A program made the position numbers and the translations under genes. Positions 24,257 to 35,819 of a DNA stretch of 64,000 nt are shown piece by piece; positions within the stretch are counted from its first letter, which is position 1; the number at the start of each line of letters is the position of its first letter. The notes below the pieces were generated by a model. It saw only the letters and a list, made by a program, of their open reading frames with translations, searched no databases and was not told the origin of the DNA. Source of the DNA: Felis catus (taxonomy: Eukaryota); the NCBI RefSeq assembly GCF_018350175.1, contig NC_058368.1:100070001-100134000 (forward strand), read 5' to 3'.

Positions 24257-27200
24257 GCACATCCGTTTTTTAGAGTATCTTCTACGTACAACCCTTTGTT
24301 CAGCCTTTCCATTGTGTGAAATGTCTTTTGTCCAAAAAATGGGGAAACAAATGTCTATGTTAGCTTATCATTGTTACTTTGTATAAGTAAAGTAATTTGC
24401 ATAGGACCATATTTGTAGTCATGAGATTTTTAATAGCAGTTCAGATAAAAAGTTTAGGATCTCACTGTGAAGTGTCAAGTGAAACCTGGTTATATTTTTG
24501 CCCTGTTAGTACCTTCCTCCAAACAAAGGAAGGGAGGAAGGGAAGGTAGAGAGGAAGGGAGGAAAAATTGTTTTATTTCATCAAAGTTCTTGATGGAATC
24601 CTGCAGGGATTTAAAGCCAAGGGAGACTGCCGTGCTTAAGAAACCATTTCAGATTCCTCCCAAGCTATTTGATTTCACCTGTTCTGTTAGTATTTTATTT
24701 CATTTGTGATGTTCTTCCACTCGATTTGGTTCTTGTGTATGAAAATTTGCTAATTTTCTTTAAAATGAGGCAGATAGCAGTGTTGTGGAGGGAGGACTGA
24801 TTGTTCTTCAGTGTGTCATAGAAAAACTGCTCAGTGGAAGATAACCTCACAGAAATGAAGTCTGTTACATAGAGCTCTGCACATTTGAGGCTGTCTGATG
24901 AGCAGAGCAGAGCAAACTAATGTGTGTAATATCTTACAACTTGCACAGTTCTTCCATATACAGTCTTATCTCAGTTAATCTTGCAACAGTGATCTCATGT
25001 GGAAAGCATTCAGGTGTGTATATGTGCATACACATGGGTTTGTGTGTGTGTGTGTAGTCGTAATAGTGAAATGCAGAAAAGGGGTGGAAAGGTTAAGTAG
25101 GCAGTTAATATGTATATGATGAAATTTTAAAGCTAGAGAGTTGAAGGATGATAATTCTGACATTTCCAGACAGCTGGTGCCAGAATTTCAGGAGCTTCTC
25201 AATTAAAAACATCTGTTGCTTGCAAAGCCATCAGCCGGGCAGTGTGGAATATAGGAAGGGAATAGGAGACACAGAGTATTTTCTAGAGGAATATGTCATC
25301 TTCTGGGGAGTAAAAGATAGTTATAGTAAACAACTACAGGATAAGGGGAAGCAAATTAATATCTGTTAACATCTACTAGTTGCCTGACTCATTAGATGCT
25401 TTTTATACATTAGCTTTCTCTGGGAAGATGATAATAATTCCATTTAACAAATGAGACACAGGGGCCCAGAAAGGTCAAAAATACACCTATAGTCGGTCAT
25501 TAGAAGATGGCAGGTCCAAGGTCTAAACCCTGGTCCTGCCCAAAAAACAGAAGTTTAGAAGAAAATGCTGGAATGGGTCCCCTGTCGGTCAGACTACATT
25601 TTGGAAACGTGGTGTCCTAGGTTTTATACAACCTGAACAAATCTAGAAAGGTCTCCCGTTGCCTTAAGTGTGGACTCAGAGCCTTAGGTTGCCACAGTTC
25701 TTCTGAATCAGCTGAAAGGACTGGTTCATATTACCTCCCTAGATATTTTTAATAAATACAAACATTCATATATCTTTAGGTAAAACCTAGAATTGAAATT
25801 AAGTCTAATTAATGTCAGAAACATACCAGCATTCTACTTCTGCCACTGCATTAAGAGTCCCTTTGTTCTAGGCAGCATTTCACAGGAATGAACAGTGCAT
25901 GTAAGAGAGCTTTTTCATTTTTAGACTGTTGTTTATATTCACATGTACATTCTCAAAATTCCTTTCAGAATTGAACACCAAATGCTTGTGTTCATAATAA
26001 ATACCCAGATGCCAAAATAAAATTTTTCCATAAAAAGATGAGGTGTTTTCCCTTTTTTTATGTAATTTATTTGAAATGGAAGAAACTGGAGGTGTGTGAA
26101 AACCACAGTTTCCTGAGAATTTTCCATGGCAAATGTTGTGTCAGTGTTAAATAAGGAAAGCTGTGGTGCCTTCACACATCCTCTAATATTGTGAAGGCTT
26201 TTTTCATGCAGGTGTAAAATCTGTTCATAGAGAATACTTAGCATTTTAAGCTTCACAATAAATAAGTTCATTTAAATTTAAGGTATATGACTGAATTTCT
26301 TCTATAAACCACCATAACATTTTTCATCTCTCCAAGGAGGTTTATCACATTCACTTATTTTGTACATTATTGTCTTAACCTTTGAAATTAGGGCAAGATT
26401 GTGAGCCTCGGAAGAGGATGTTTGTGTCCTTAATGTGTAAGTCCGTGCTTTCACATATTGAGGCATGTTTATATAAATGTAAGTAACAGTAAATATAAAG
26501 AGGGAAAACGTAAGTGAGGCAGAAAGGTGACCAGTAACAAAAGTAAAAAAGTAACAAAAAGTAACAAAAGCAAAAAAAGTAAAGGATTTGAAGGGTCTCA
26601 TGGCAGCTTCTGCCCAGCTTGTGAGCTCTTATACCTCGCCCAGTGTCCTCAGCAGAATGGAGACCTGGCGGCTTGCAGCGGAGACCCAGGGCACTGCCAG
26701 CGCCACGAATCTGCACCCACTCAGTTCACAAGCCTCTTTGTTCATAATTACGTTTGATTCCTTTCCAGAAAGCTTGGAGGGGGCTTGCAGGGGAGTCACA
26801 GAATGAGAGAAAAGTCATCTCACATACTTTAGAAGAAAACTGATAGAGAATACTAGACTGAGTTCAGAAACTGGACTGTGAGTTTAGCTTCTTCCCAACT
26901 TGCTGGGTAATCTTGAAATCAAGTCAGGACTGTTTAGTCTAATTATTGGGTAAAATCATTGGTCTGTATTCCCTTTACCTCTTGTTAAAATTTGAATTCA
27001 AAAAATGCATTGAATGAATTCAAATTGCTGTATTAAGAATAAACTTCAAAAGAAGTTTAAAATGTTAAATTTGGCATTGTTTCCTTAGGAGAAGTAAAGT
27101 TTATTTAAATGGTTGTTTTCGCTTATAAAATGTGATATTTTTAACTAAGACTTTTTTTAAATCAAATATTTTAAGAAATACATGTGTCACATTTTTTATT

Positions 27201-28149
27201 GGTCTAACTGAAATCCTTAGTATTGATAAAGCATGTAAGTATTTATATGCCATTAACAGTTTTTCGGTTTGCCCTTTTTCCCAGTTAGAATTCTACTCCC
27301 CAAATCATAAGCTACTCAGATTTTCAAATTAGTAACAGACCATCAAGAACAGATCTAAATTAATTAAAAACAACTGGCCACTAAATGTAAGGAAGTTTGA
27401 AGGAGTAGATGTACCTTAAGAAGTTCTGTACAATGCATTCTTTTTACAAAGATTGCTGGTCGGCAAAGGGAAGAAGCTTAAATTTCTAGGAGTTTCTGCA
27501 TTCTGGCTACTGTTGATTTGCCATTAGTTTCATGGCTTTAGACAGGGCACTGACTATCTCTGGCTCTGCTTTTGTTTTGTTTTGTTTTGTTTTGTTTTGT
27601 TTGTGTTTGTTTGTTGTGTTTTTTCATTTCTCTAATAAACTCTTCCAGATCAAACATTCTGGTAATGCATTTTCAACCCCCTCCAAAGTCCTTTTTGTGT
27701 CAGATCTAAAAATGACGGGGCTGATCCTCTCAGTGTTCAATTTCATTTTGCCAGAAAAATGAAATGTTTTGTGCACCTTCACATACTCACCAAGATTTTC
27801 ATGAAATTTCTACACTGTATTATCTCTTGATGTTTAAGTATTCTTAAATAGCTTTGACATTTTTTCAGATTTCAGTATAACAGGAGTACTTTGTTCTCTA
27901 AGATATTTGGCGGTGGTGTTAAGTAGCTGACCTTATCAAAATTGCCAATTTATAAAAATTAGAAGTAATAAGGACATGTTGAAATGTATATTTGCAGATA
28001 TCATAGTGCACAAAGTAGGTTTGTCACATTAACTACAAGACAGTGTTATTGGTAAATAGATTTCCAGCTAAATGAATGAGAATTTGAGAAACTATTTCTT
28101 TTCTTTTTGCCTACAGATGCTGATATAGTAACTTTAAATATTTTGGTAA

Positions 28150-30190
28150 TTTTTTTTTATTTTTTGTTTCTAGTTTTATTGAGATATAATTGACATGTAG
28201 CAAACATTGTGTATGTTTAAGTTCTACAACTTGATGGTTTGATACACATATATATTGTGAAAGATCACCATAATAAGGCTAATTAATTAACACATCTGTC
28301 ACCTTATATAATTAAAATTTTTTTGTGTGGTGAAAACATTTAAGATTTACTCTTTCAGAAACTTGCAAGTATATAATAGAGTATAGTTATGTATAATCAC
28401 CTGGTGAGTATTAGATCTCTAGATGTTATTCATCTTTTTACTGGAGGTTTGTACCCTTTGACCGAAGTCTCCCCCTCCACCACTTTTCCTGCACCACTAA
28501 CACCAGTCTCTGGCAACCAACAATCTGGTCTTGTCTCTGTGAGTTTGGGTATTTTTAAATTCCAAGTCCTACTATGCAGTATTTGTCTTTCTCTGTCTGA
28601 TTTATTTCACTCATTGTAATGCCTACCAGGTTCATCCACATTGTTGCAAATGGAAGAACTTTCTTCTTTCTCATGGCTAAATAATATTCCGTTGTGTATA
28701 TATATGTGTATATATATGTGTATACTTACATATATGTGTATATATATGTGTATACTTACATATATATGTATATAGACACCACATTTTCTTTATTCACTCC
28801 ATTTATCAGTGGACTCCTGGTTGTTCCCATGTATTGTCTATCATGAATAATACTTCAGTGAACACAGCATCTCTCTGAGATAACTGAACTTCATTTGCTT
28901 CTATTTTTAATTTGTTTAGGAGCCTCCTCTGTTTTCCCTAGTGTCTGTACTAGTTTCATTCTCACCAGCAGTGTGCCAGGGTTCCCTTTTCTCCTCATGC
29001 TCACCAACACTTGTTAGCTCTTGTTTTTTTGATACTAGCCATTCTGACAGGTATGAGATGATCTCTCATCAGGCTTTTGGGTGATTTGCATTTCCCCAGA
29101 GATTAGTAATGTTGAGCTTCCTTTCATGTACCTGTTGGCCATTTCTTACTTGGAAAAGTATCTGTTCAAGTCCTCTGCCCATTTTTTAATCAGATTTTAT
29201 TTTTATTTGGTTTTATTTATTTGCTGTTGAGTTGTATAAGTTCCTTCCATATTTTGGATTTTAACTCCTCATCTGAGATATGGTTTGCAAATATTTTCTC
29301 CCATTCTGTAGATTGCCTTTTCACTTGGTTGACTGTTTCTTATGTTTTGCAGCAAGTTTGTAGTTTGATCTTACCCCACTAGTTTATTTTTGCTTTTGGT
29401 GCTTGTGCCGTTGGTATCACATCCAAAAAAAGTTATTGCCACAACCACTGTCATGGAATTTTTTTCCCTATGTGTTCTTCTAGGAGTTTTACAGTTTCAC
29501 TTCTCACATTTCAGTCTTCTTAGTCCAGTTTAAGTTAATTTTTGTGAGTGGTAAGATAGGGGTCTCGTTTCATTCTTTGGCATATGAATATCCAGTTTTT
29601 CTAATACCATTTATTTAAAAGACTGTCTTTTCTCCTGTCATGTATTCTTGACTCCCTCATCAAATAGCAGTTTACTGTACATGCAAATGTTTATTTCTGG
29701 GTTCTCCTTTCTATTCCATTAGCCTATGGGTCTGTTTTTATTTTAATACCACACTATTTTATTACTAAAAGTTGGTACTATAGTCTGAGATTAGGAAGCA
29801 TAATGCCTCCAGCTTTGTTCTTCTTTCTCAAGATTGCTCTGGCTATTCAGGGTCTTTTGTGGTTTCATACAAATTGTAGGATTTTTTTTTATTTCTATGA
29901 AAAATGCCATTGGCATTTTTATAGGGATTGCATTGAATTTATAGGTAGTTTTGGAACTGCGGATATTTTAACAATACTAATTTTTCCAATCTATAATTAC
30001 AGATACCTTTACAATTATTTGCAACCTCTTTGATTTGTTATTAAAGTCTTGTGAGTTTTAAGTGTAAAGATCTTTCACTTCCTTTGTTGTATTTATTCCT
30101 AAGTATTTTATCATTTTTTATGATACTGTAAATAGGATTGTTTTCTTTATTTTCCTTTTAGCTATTTCATAGAAATGCAACTGATTCTTG
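28150..30190 (-). mobile_element. L1 3' portion (L1MA-like)
   Basis: TTTTATTGAGATATAATTGACAT start, then antisense 3' UTR and ORF2. Contains a TATG-rich repeat at 28694-28775. Confidence 0.9.
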
Positions 30191-30379
30191 TACATTGCCT
30201 GGATAAGTCCTTCAAACACGGTAGACTTCAAACTGCCATCATCTTGCACTTACTAATGTACTCATAAGTTTGTATTACTAAGGGAAAAAAAGCTTTATAT
30301 TGGTCCATTAACAATGAAGAGTAAATTTAAAATAAAGACATTTAAGACTGACAACTCTACGGGACACACTAGTGAAATG

Positions 30380-31180
30380 TATTCACTTGTTTTATGAGAT
30401 GTTTATCGAATCCAGCCTGTTACCAGTTACCGATCCAAGCACTATGTCTGTAGCAATGAGGAAAACAAAGCCCCTGCCTCACAGATAGGAAAATACCTGC
30501 ACTGACATGCGGTGCTAAGTGATGTGAAGTAAATAAAGAATTATGGCAAGTGTTGTGTTAGTTCAGATAACATTTGAGCAGATACATGAATAATAGGAGA
30601 TGATCAGCCATGTATATATTTGGGAGTATACCATTCCAGGTAGAGAAGAGCTTATAGTGGAATAGCCTAAGCATCAGAAGGCAGTAAAGCTTGAAGAAGA
30701 AGAGATAAGGACATACCATGATCTGGTTACCTTTTAAAAACTCCCTGTGATGCTATATGGAAAATCAGGTGTAGGGGAGCAGGTGACCAGGTTTGAGGAT
30801 ATTTCGTTGGTGCTGCAGGTGAGAGGTGTTGGTGAATTGGTCAAAAGTCTTAACAGCAGAAGTGGTGAGAAATGACTGGCCCTGAATCTATTTTGCATTT
30901 GGAACTATAGGATTTGCTAAAGGAATAATTGTGAGCTCTGAAGGAAGGAGAAATGTGATAGAAGAATTCTTAAAGTTTTAGTTCTGAACAACCAGCAAAA
31001 TTGAAATTACATATAATAAGATAGGAAAGCCTGAAGAAGTAGGTTTGGGAAGGATATCAAAGAATTCTCTTTTAATATGTCAAGCAGGAGGTTGATACAG
31101 GAGCCTCAATCTCAAGTGAGAGTAGCAGTTAGAAATTTGGAAGTTGTCAGCCTACAGATGATTTTCAAAGAAATTATCCC
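30380..31180 (-). mobile_element. L2 remnant
   Basis: L2-like motifs (CAAAGCCCCTGCCTCA, ACATTTGAGCAGA, ATTCCAGGTAGAG). Confidence 0.65.
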
Positions 31181-31603
31181 AAATCATTGGTTTTTCTAAA
31201 TTCATAAATATATTAACTGTTATATATAATCAGCTTCCATTCAGGCATCATCAAGTTTATGAAGTGTTGGCTATCAGCCAAGCACTGGTAGAACATTCTG
31301 AGAGTACAGTAGAGATATTGAGACATTCAAAATACAGATATTTAACATCAGATAATTTCTGTATCTCTGTTAACTGGAATTTCAAACATTACAATATTTT
31401 GAATCACCCAGCTTAGTACTAATATGTTATTTGGTTCTTTCATATTTATTTAGTCTATTTTTAACTAGATTTTTTAAGCTCTTTGAAAGCAGGAGCTTTC
31501 CACCCCCACCCCCCACCCCCACCCCCATCACACAGGATGCCTACCACAGTTCTGGAAATATACTAAGACCACAAAGAATATTTGTTAATGGATGACATGA
31601 TAA

Positions 31604-31795
31604 TTTTTTTAAGTTTATTTGTTTTGAGAAAGAGAGTATGAGTGGAGGAGGGGCAGAGAGAGAGAGAATCCCAAACAGGCTCTGCACTGGCAACACAGAA
31701 CCTAACCCTGGGCTCGATCTCACAGACCATGAGATCATGACCTGAGCCAAAAGCAAGAGTCTGCTGCTTAACCAGCTGAGCCACCAAGGTGTTCC
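31604..31795 (-). mobile_element. Can-SINE
   Basis: Antisense consensus. Confidence 0.9.
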
Positions 31796-31945
31796 TGATT
31801 AGATGATTTAATTGTTCAGGGCAGTATTATTTTTGTCACCATGAGCTTTATTTTTTCTTCATCATGGATTATACAAGTGATTTATCTAATGAGAATACTG
31901 ACAAATTCCTGTTACCTGGCTCTTCGTTTTAAAAAAATTACAATA

Positions 31946-32030
31946 CTTTTGGGATGAGCACTGGGTGATGTATGGAAACCAATTTGACAATAAATTTCAT
32001 ATATTGAAAAAAATAAAAAAATAAAAAAAT
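31946..32030 (+). mobile_element. Very short L1_Fc-like 3' stub with A-rich tail
   Basis: CTTTTGGGATGAGCACTGGGTG.TGTATGGAAACCAATTTGACAATAAATTTC, which is the reverse complement of the stub at about 5770-5820. Confidence 0.85.
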
Positions 32031-32111
32031 AAATACGATAGATTTTCTTTTACTCACTTCTTAATAGTACTATCTGGCTTTTATTCCCATGTTTATTATT
32101 TCAATTTGCAG

Positions 32112-32193
32112 CCTGATTCTACTGCAACTGAAAGAGCAATTGCTAGGCTAGCAGTGCATCCTCTTCTGAAGAAAAAAATAGATGTGCTAAAAG
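32112..32193 (+). CDS. SRFBP1: SRFBP1 coding exon (exon 5 equivalent), 82 nt
   Basis: ttgcAG acceptor, AAG|GTATGA donor. Translates [27 protein letters not shown]; frame is consistent with the neighbouring exons. Confidence 0.95.
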
Positions 32194-32989
32194 GTATGAA
32201 TTAAATGACTTTTAAGCCATGTACCTAAATGCACTTGGGTATATGATTCTGAATAAATGGCTATTGATTTATTTATTCTATGTTTTTTTTTTTTTCATTT
32301 TGAGGACCTTTTATAAATATCTCCTTCAAATATTTTTTTAAATGTGGTAAGGTGCCTGATATGGAAGTTATCTGATGTCTAATGAAAAATTAAATCTGTA
32401 TTTTTTCCTAAATTCTAATATATAAATATGTATGTATTTATATATATAATATATATTCATGGTAAATTTTAATACAACTGGTTTGCTAAATATTAATGTA
32501 ATTCATAATATTACTTTTGATGTGGCCACGTACTCACATAATTTTCATTATTATAAAATGCGTTGAAAGAATTAAATGTTGTCACAGATTAGAAGATATT
32601 TATTTTTATGTCTGAAAACACGATTTATAATGTGCCACAACCATATCAACACAATTTTGCTAAAGAAATTGAAGTGGCCATTTTATTTTTCTTATTTGTA
32701 TTCACTGAAGTTTCCACTATTTTTCATGATTCCAAGGCCTGAAAGGATGGTTAATTTTAGAGTTTTAAATTGAATATCTCTGAGCATTTCTCAGTTTGGT
32801 TTTTAAAGTCACTAGAGTTCTTCTGTGGGTTCAGATCTATCATATATATTTGCATATATATATTTGCATATATAATTGCAGTTGTCCTCTTAAGTATTTC
32901 CAAATAGTTGAAGAAATACTGTACTGAAACAGTTATGTTTTATTATCTGTTTTAATGCTGAAACAAGTCATGTGCTATTTCTTTTGCAG

Positions 32990-33698
32990 CTGCTGTCAAA
33001 GCTTTTAAAGATGCAAGACAAAATGTTGTTGAAATTAACTCATCAAAGAATGCTTCAGTAGAAAATCATTCCAAGGACACTTTGTGTTCAAATGATGATG
33101 CCAGTAAGTTACAGCATGAAGGAACTATTGTCAGTGAGCAAAAAGAGAAAGAAGCCAAAATATTGGCAAAGAAACCAAGAAATTCAAAAGAAAAAATAAC
33201 CAAGATGGAACATGGACCCAATGCTGTAGACATTCCAGATTCTCCATCAAAGCCTTCTGAAAGGGATTCTGTAGTTCCGTCTGAACCGCGGAAGACACCT
33301 GCTGACCCAAAAATGAAAACAATAAGTAAAACTAAAAAAAGTAAAGGGTCCAATAGCTCCCTTGGTGATAACAGTGATGGAGAAGAATTACAGGAAGAAG
33401 AAAAGGAGTATTTTGATGATAGCACAGAAGAAAGGTTTTACAAACAGTCTTCAATGTCTGAGGATAGTGACAGTGGTGATGACTTCTTCATTGGGAAAGT
33501 CAGACGGACACGAAAGAAGGAAAGTAGTTGCCATTCTTCAGTTAAGGAACAAAACCCCCCCAAAAAAGTGTTACCTGAAGAAGATCTACTTGAAACCCAT
33601 CAGAATATAAGAAAAGACAAAAACCCGCCAAGTATAGAATCAAGGAAGTTTGAGTCAGTGTTTTTCCATTCTTTATCTGGATCTAAAATCTCCAGAAG
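32990..33698 (+). CDS. SRFBP1: SRFBP1 large coding exon (exon 6 equivalent), 709 nt
   Basis: ttttgcAG acceptor, AAG|GTAAGA donor. Contains track ORF 33082-33702. Reads (A)[10 protein letters not shown]...[43 protein letters not shown]...[17 protein letters not shown]. Confidence 0.96.
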
Positions 33699-33888
33699 GT
33701 AAGAGTATTTTTTCTATCCTAAAATAATTATTAGTTCTTAATTTTTTTAAAGAAAAGAAATATCTGCACATCCTAACTACGACAGAATCTCTCCCATACA
33801 TACATGTAGTTTATACAACACATCCTTTGTTTAGACTTGGCCCTTTTGAATGTTATATTCAGATCATATTTACAAATACACATATGGA

Positions 33889-34090
33889 AGGGTGCCTGGG
33901 TGACTCAGTTGGCTGAGCATCTGACTCAATTTCAACTCAGGTCATGATCTCACGCATGGCTCTGGGTTCAAGCCCCACTTGGGCTCTGCGCTGACTGTTG
34001 GAGCCTGCTTGAGATTCTCTGTCTCTTTGCCTCTCTCTGCCCTGCTTTGTCCTCTCTCTCTCAAAATAAATAAATAAGCTTTAAAATAAA
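33889..34090 (+). mobile_element. Can-SINE
   Basis: Sense consensus. Confidence 0.9.
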
Positions 34091-34301
34091 AGGGGACATC
34101 TTAAAATAAAAATTTTTTAAAATACCTAAATGGAGTGCCACATTTATCCTGTAGCCAGGTAATTTGTCCAGCTAATTTAAGTTTATCCCTTAGATGACCA
34201 AAATCTTCAAACTTTGAATTTGCTTTTGATGAAAACCTTTTGAAAATATCTCACATATCTTTCTCTTTAAATAGAACTTTCTGAAAAGAACAGTGGGCTT
34301 T

Positions 34302-34523
34302 GGGGCGCCTGGGTGGCCAGTTAAGCATCCAACTTCGGCTCAGGTCATGATCTCACAGTTTGTGGGTCGAGCCCTGTGTCGGGCTCTGGGCTGACAGCTC
34401 AGAGCCTGGAGGCTGTTTCCGATTCTGTGTCTCCCTCTCTCTCTGCCCCTCCCCTGTTCACGCTCTGTCTCTGTCTCAAAAATAAATAAACATTAAAAAA
34501 AAAAAAACTAAAAAAAAAAAAAA
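34302..34523 (+). mobile_element. Can-SINE
   Basis: TSD AAAAGAACAGTGGGCT at 34284-34299 and 34524-34539. Confidence 0.95.
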
Positions 34524-35398
34524 AAAAGAACAGTGGGCTATGTTTTTGACAACCCAGAGCCATCATTATTTTAAACATCAGTCCTTTTCTTATGAAATGC
34601 TTGCTCTCACTGAGCTTCTCCGGACTCCTGTGTATTTGGTAATGTTGCTGCCTCTGTCCCTGCTATTCACCACCAGTTTCCACAGCTCTCCTGTGATAAG
34701 TCAGTAAGTTTAATTTCATTTGTAATTCTAATCTGGTAGGAGATAGCTTCACACGGTTAGATTATTTCTTCAGTAACAGCTATTTTCTTCAGAAAATTGT
34801 TTTTGTAAAGTCAAGGATAATTTTTAATAGAACAGAAACTTGTGATGTTAACATTTTCCAGGGAAGTAAGTGTAGAAAGACACACAACCATATTTGGAAC
34901 CTTAAAATTAATTAAAATCGTTTTTATGTGTCCCAAACCTGCCTCACAAGGCTCCATTTCTTTTCTCACTTGAGAATAACATACCGTTATCCCTTCCATC
35001 TCTCACAAAATGTAAATCTTAATTGTTGTTACATGTGACTCTTTCCTGCTTTATGAAGACTTTAGAAATTTTTTGTCTGGATGGTCTTCAAGAGTGGAGA
35101 CAGTACATATGTAACCAAGATAGGATATTTTATGACCAGAAGTCCCTGTAAGGAAGTGGGGTGAGAAGGAAATTCACACGTTTCTGTTGTAATATTGGTT
35201 GTAAATACTGATTGTAAAATCAAACTTTGATACAGCTAAAGCTTGTGGGGGAAGTTATCATTTTTTTAAAGATTGTTGGGGGGATGAGGGAGTGCGATAG
35301 TCCTTTGAGTTTTATCCCTAGCTTATTTTATTTTATCTTTGTAAAGTTATTTATCTTTTTAAAGTCCTAATGGTCTTTTCTTCTTTTGGAAATTACAG

Positions 35399-35427
35399 AG
35401 AACAGGCTCCAAAAAGCAAAACCCCAG
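35399..35427 (+). CDS. SRFBP1: SRFBP1 micro-exon (exon 7 equivalent); 29 nt with the ttacAG acceptor, homologous 38-nt form would start at 35390
   Basis: CAG|GTATGT donor. Encodes (R)EQAPKSKTP. Supplies the phase 2 to phase 1 bridge needed between the flanking exons. The 5' boundary is uncertain (see findings). Confidence 0.8.
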
Positions 35428-35819
35428 GTATGTATTACTGGCTTCCTGCCCTTTCTATATAGTTAACTGATGCTTTTCCAGAATGGAAGGATAAAAACTC
35501 CGGTTGCTTAATAGTCTGAATGAATTATGTACCCACAGAAAGGGGAACAGAACATTTTCTAATTATCAGTGTGATTTTTAAATTGTAATTGGTTTTTTTG
35601 TTGTTGTTGTTATTACCTATCTGTGCCAGGAGGAAAGGTGTAAATAAAACTTACCAGGACACATTGGCTCTATTTGATTTCTCTTGAACTGAGTTATCAT
35701 ATACGTTATGTCTTAGCACCATACTATTAAATATTCAGTAACAAGTATGTTACTTTCTGGGTTAAGAGTAAAAGTATTTTCACATTAATTCATAACAAGT
35801 CAAATTAAATATATTTGGG

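Noticed and set aside
26302..26806. Overlapping ORFs on both strands
   Set aside because: Explained by low-complexity repeat plus higher GC; no recognisable protein, and no convincing CTCF motif either.
33066..33610. Antisense and alternate-frame ORFs over SRFBP1 exon 6
   Set aside because: Shadow ORFs of the real coding exon.
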